Assembly: GCA_965204535.1 (NCBI GenBank) | Contig: OZ241996.1 | Location: forward strand, 384,001 to 448,000 | Length of the DNA stretch: 64,000 bases | Origin: a bacterium | GTDB lineage: Bacteria > UBA8248 | Reading direction: 5' to 3' | Shown here: piece after piece, positions 63,317 to 64,000 of the stretch | Layout of the letters: each line of letters begins with the position of its first letter | Numbering within the stretch: position 1 is the stretch's first letter | Made by a program: the position numbers and the translations under genes | The notes under the pieces: model-generated | Told to the model about the DNA's origin: nothing | The model's database searches: none | The model's input: the letters and a program-made list of their open reading frames with translations, nothing else

Positions 63317-63345
63317 TTGACCACGCCGGTCGGCTCCCATAAAAT
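63317..63345 (+). promoter_or_regulatory. Putative sigma70 promoter for the Fe-S gene
   Basis: TTGACC, 17-nt spacer, TAAAAT. Confidence 0.55.
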
Positions 63346-63379
63346 TTCTGCTCAGTTTCCATCCTCATGAAGGAACGTC

Positions 63380-64000
63380 ATGGAAGCGACTGCCTACCGG
63401 AGTTTCATGGAAGAGCGAATCGCCCGAATTACCGAAGCCTGTACGCATTGCGGAAAATGTTACGAGGTCTGCCCGATGGTTTCGTATTCGGGAGCGAAAG
63501 GCGCAGACCCAGAGAGGGTGACGAAATCCGTGCTCAACATCATCAACGATCGTCCGCATGAACCGGAAGGGGCATTGTGGGCCAAGGCTTGCCAAAAAAG
63601 CGGAGTTTGCATCGAGGCCTGTCCGGAAGACGTCAATCCGCGGGAAATGCTCACCTACGCCAAGCTGAAGCTGCAGAATATCGAATCAGAGAAAGCGGAC
63701 ATCCAGGAAGTCGGCAGGTCTTATTTTCAGGACTTGAGCCGGAAGATTCGTTTCATGGCCGCTTTGCAATTAGAACCCGAGCAATTCAGACGCCTCACCG
63801 CCGTGCGGGGCTCGGAGGCGAACACAGTAGATGCGGTGTTTTACTTTGGATGCAATATCCTCCAGACGCCTCACATCCTGCTCTCCTGCATCGATGTTTT
63901 CGACCGGCTGGGACTGGACTATGAGGTGGCCGGCGGCGTGGGCCATTGCTGCGGCATCAACCACATCAGGCGCGGAGATCTGGAGGCGGGGGCGGCGATG
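63380..64000 (+). CDS. Fe-S oxidoreductase subunit (ferredoxin plus CCG domain, GlpC/HdrD-like); runs off the window and is absent from the ORF track
   Basis: Hand translation: MEATAYRSF...CTHCGKCYEVCP...CQKSGVCIEACP...VFYFGCN...HCCG; no stop up to 64000. Confidence 0.88.
   Translation, partial: MEATAYRSFMEERIARITEACTHCGKCYEVCPMVSYSGAKGADPERVTKSVLNIINDRPHEPEGALWAKACQKSGVCIEACPEDVNPREMLTYAKLKLQNIESEKADIQEVGRSYFQDLSRKIRFMAALQLEPEQFRRLTAVRGSEANTVDAVFYFGCNILQTPHILLSCIDVFDRLGLDYEVAGGVGHCCGINHIRRGDLEAGAAM

Overview
Bacterial chromosomal window from a diderm; gene order such as lnt-prfB-lysS-lolCE-lolD-clpC-bamA and lpxA-Gfo/Idh/MocA-lpxI-lpxB suggests a Deltaproteobacteria/Nitrospinota-like organism, which is an inference. 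1-51.5 kb is mostly housekeeping: fabF, rnc, smc, ftsY, a GC-richer and probably acquired pyruvate carboxylase next to an iteron-like repeat region, PBP1A, HNH-uvrB-uvrC, lnt, prfB (programmed +1 frameshift), lysS, Lol, clpC, BAM, a long lipid A/Kdo/heptose LPS cluster, msbA, O-antigen ligase, dacA and dapA. The LPS cluster holds two clear and one or two possible gene remnants, including an ADP-heptose adenylyltransferase with its core deleted. 51.5-64 kb is an accessory catabolic/redox region: atypical amidohydrolase, MFS, Fe3+/AfuABC-type ABC transporter, two D-2-hydroxyacid dehydrogenases, a TIP-like aquaporin, a TcuA-like flavoprotein and a divergently transcribed Fe-S/CCG protein. The best finding is an OsmC-family gene that the ORF track splits in two. 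It has an in-frame UGA at the catalytic Cys position followed by a bacterial SECIS-like hairpin, so it is probably a selenoprotein. I recognised no rRNA, tRNA, CRISPR array or intact transposase. All calls come from motif recognition by eye; no searches were run.
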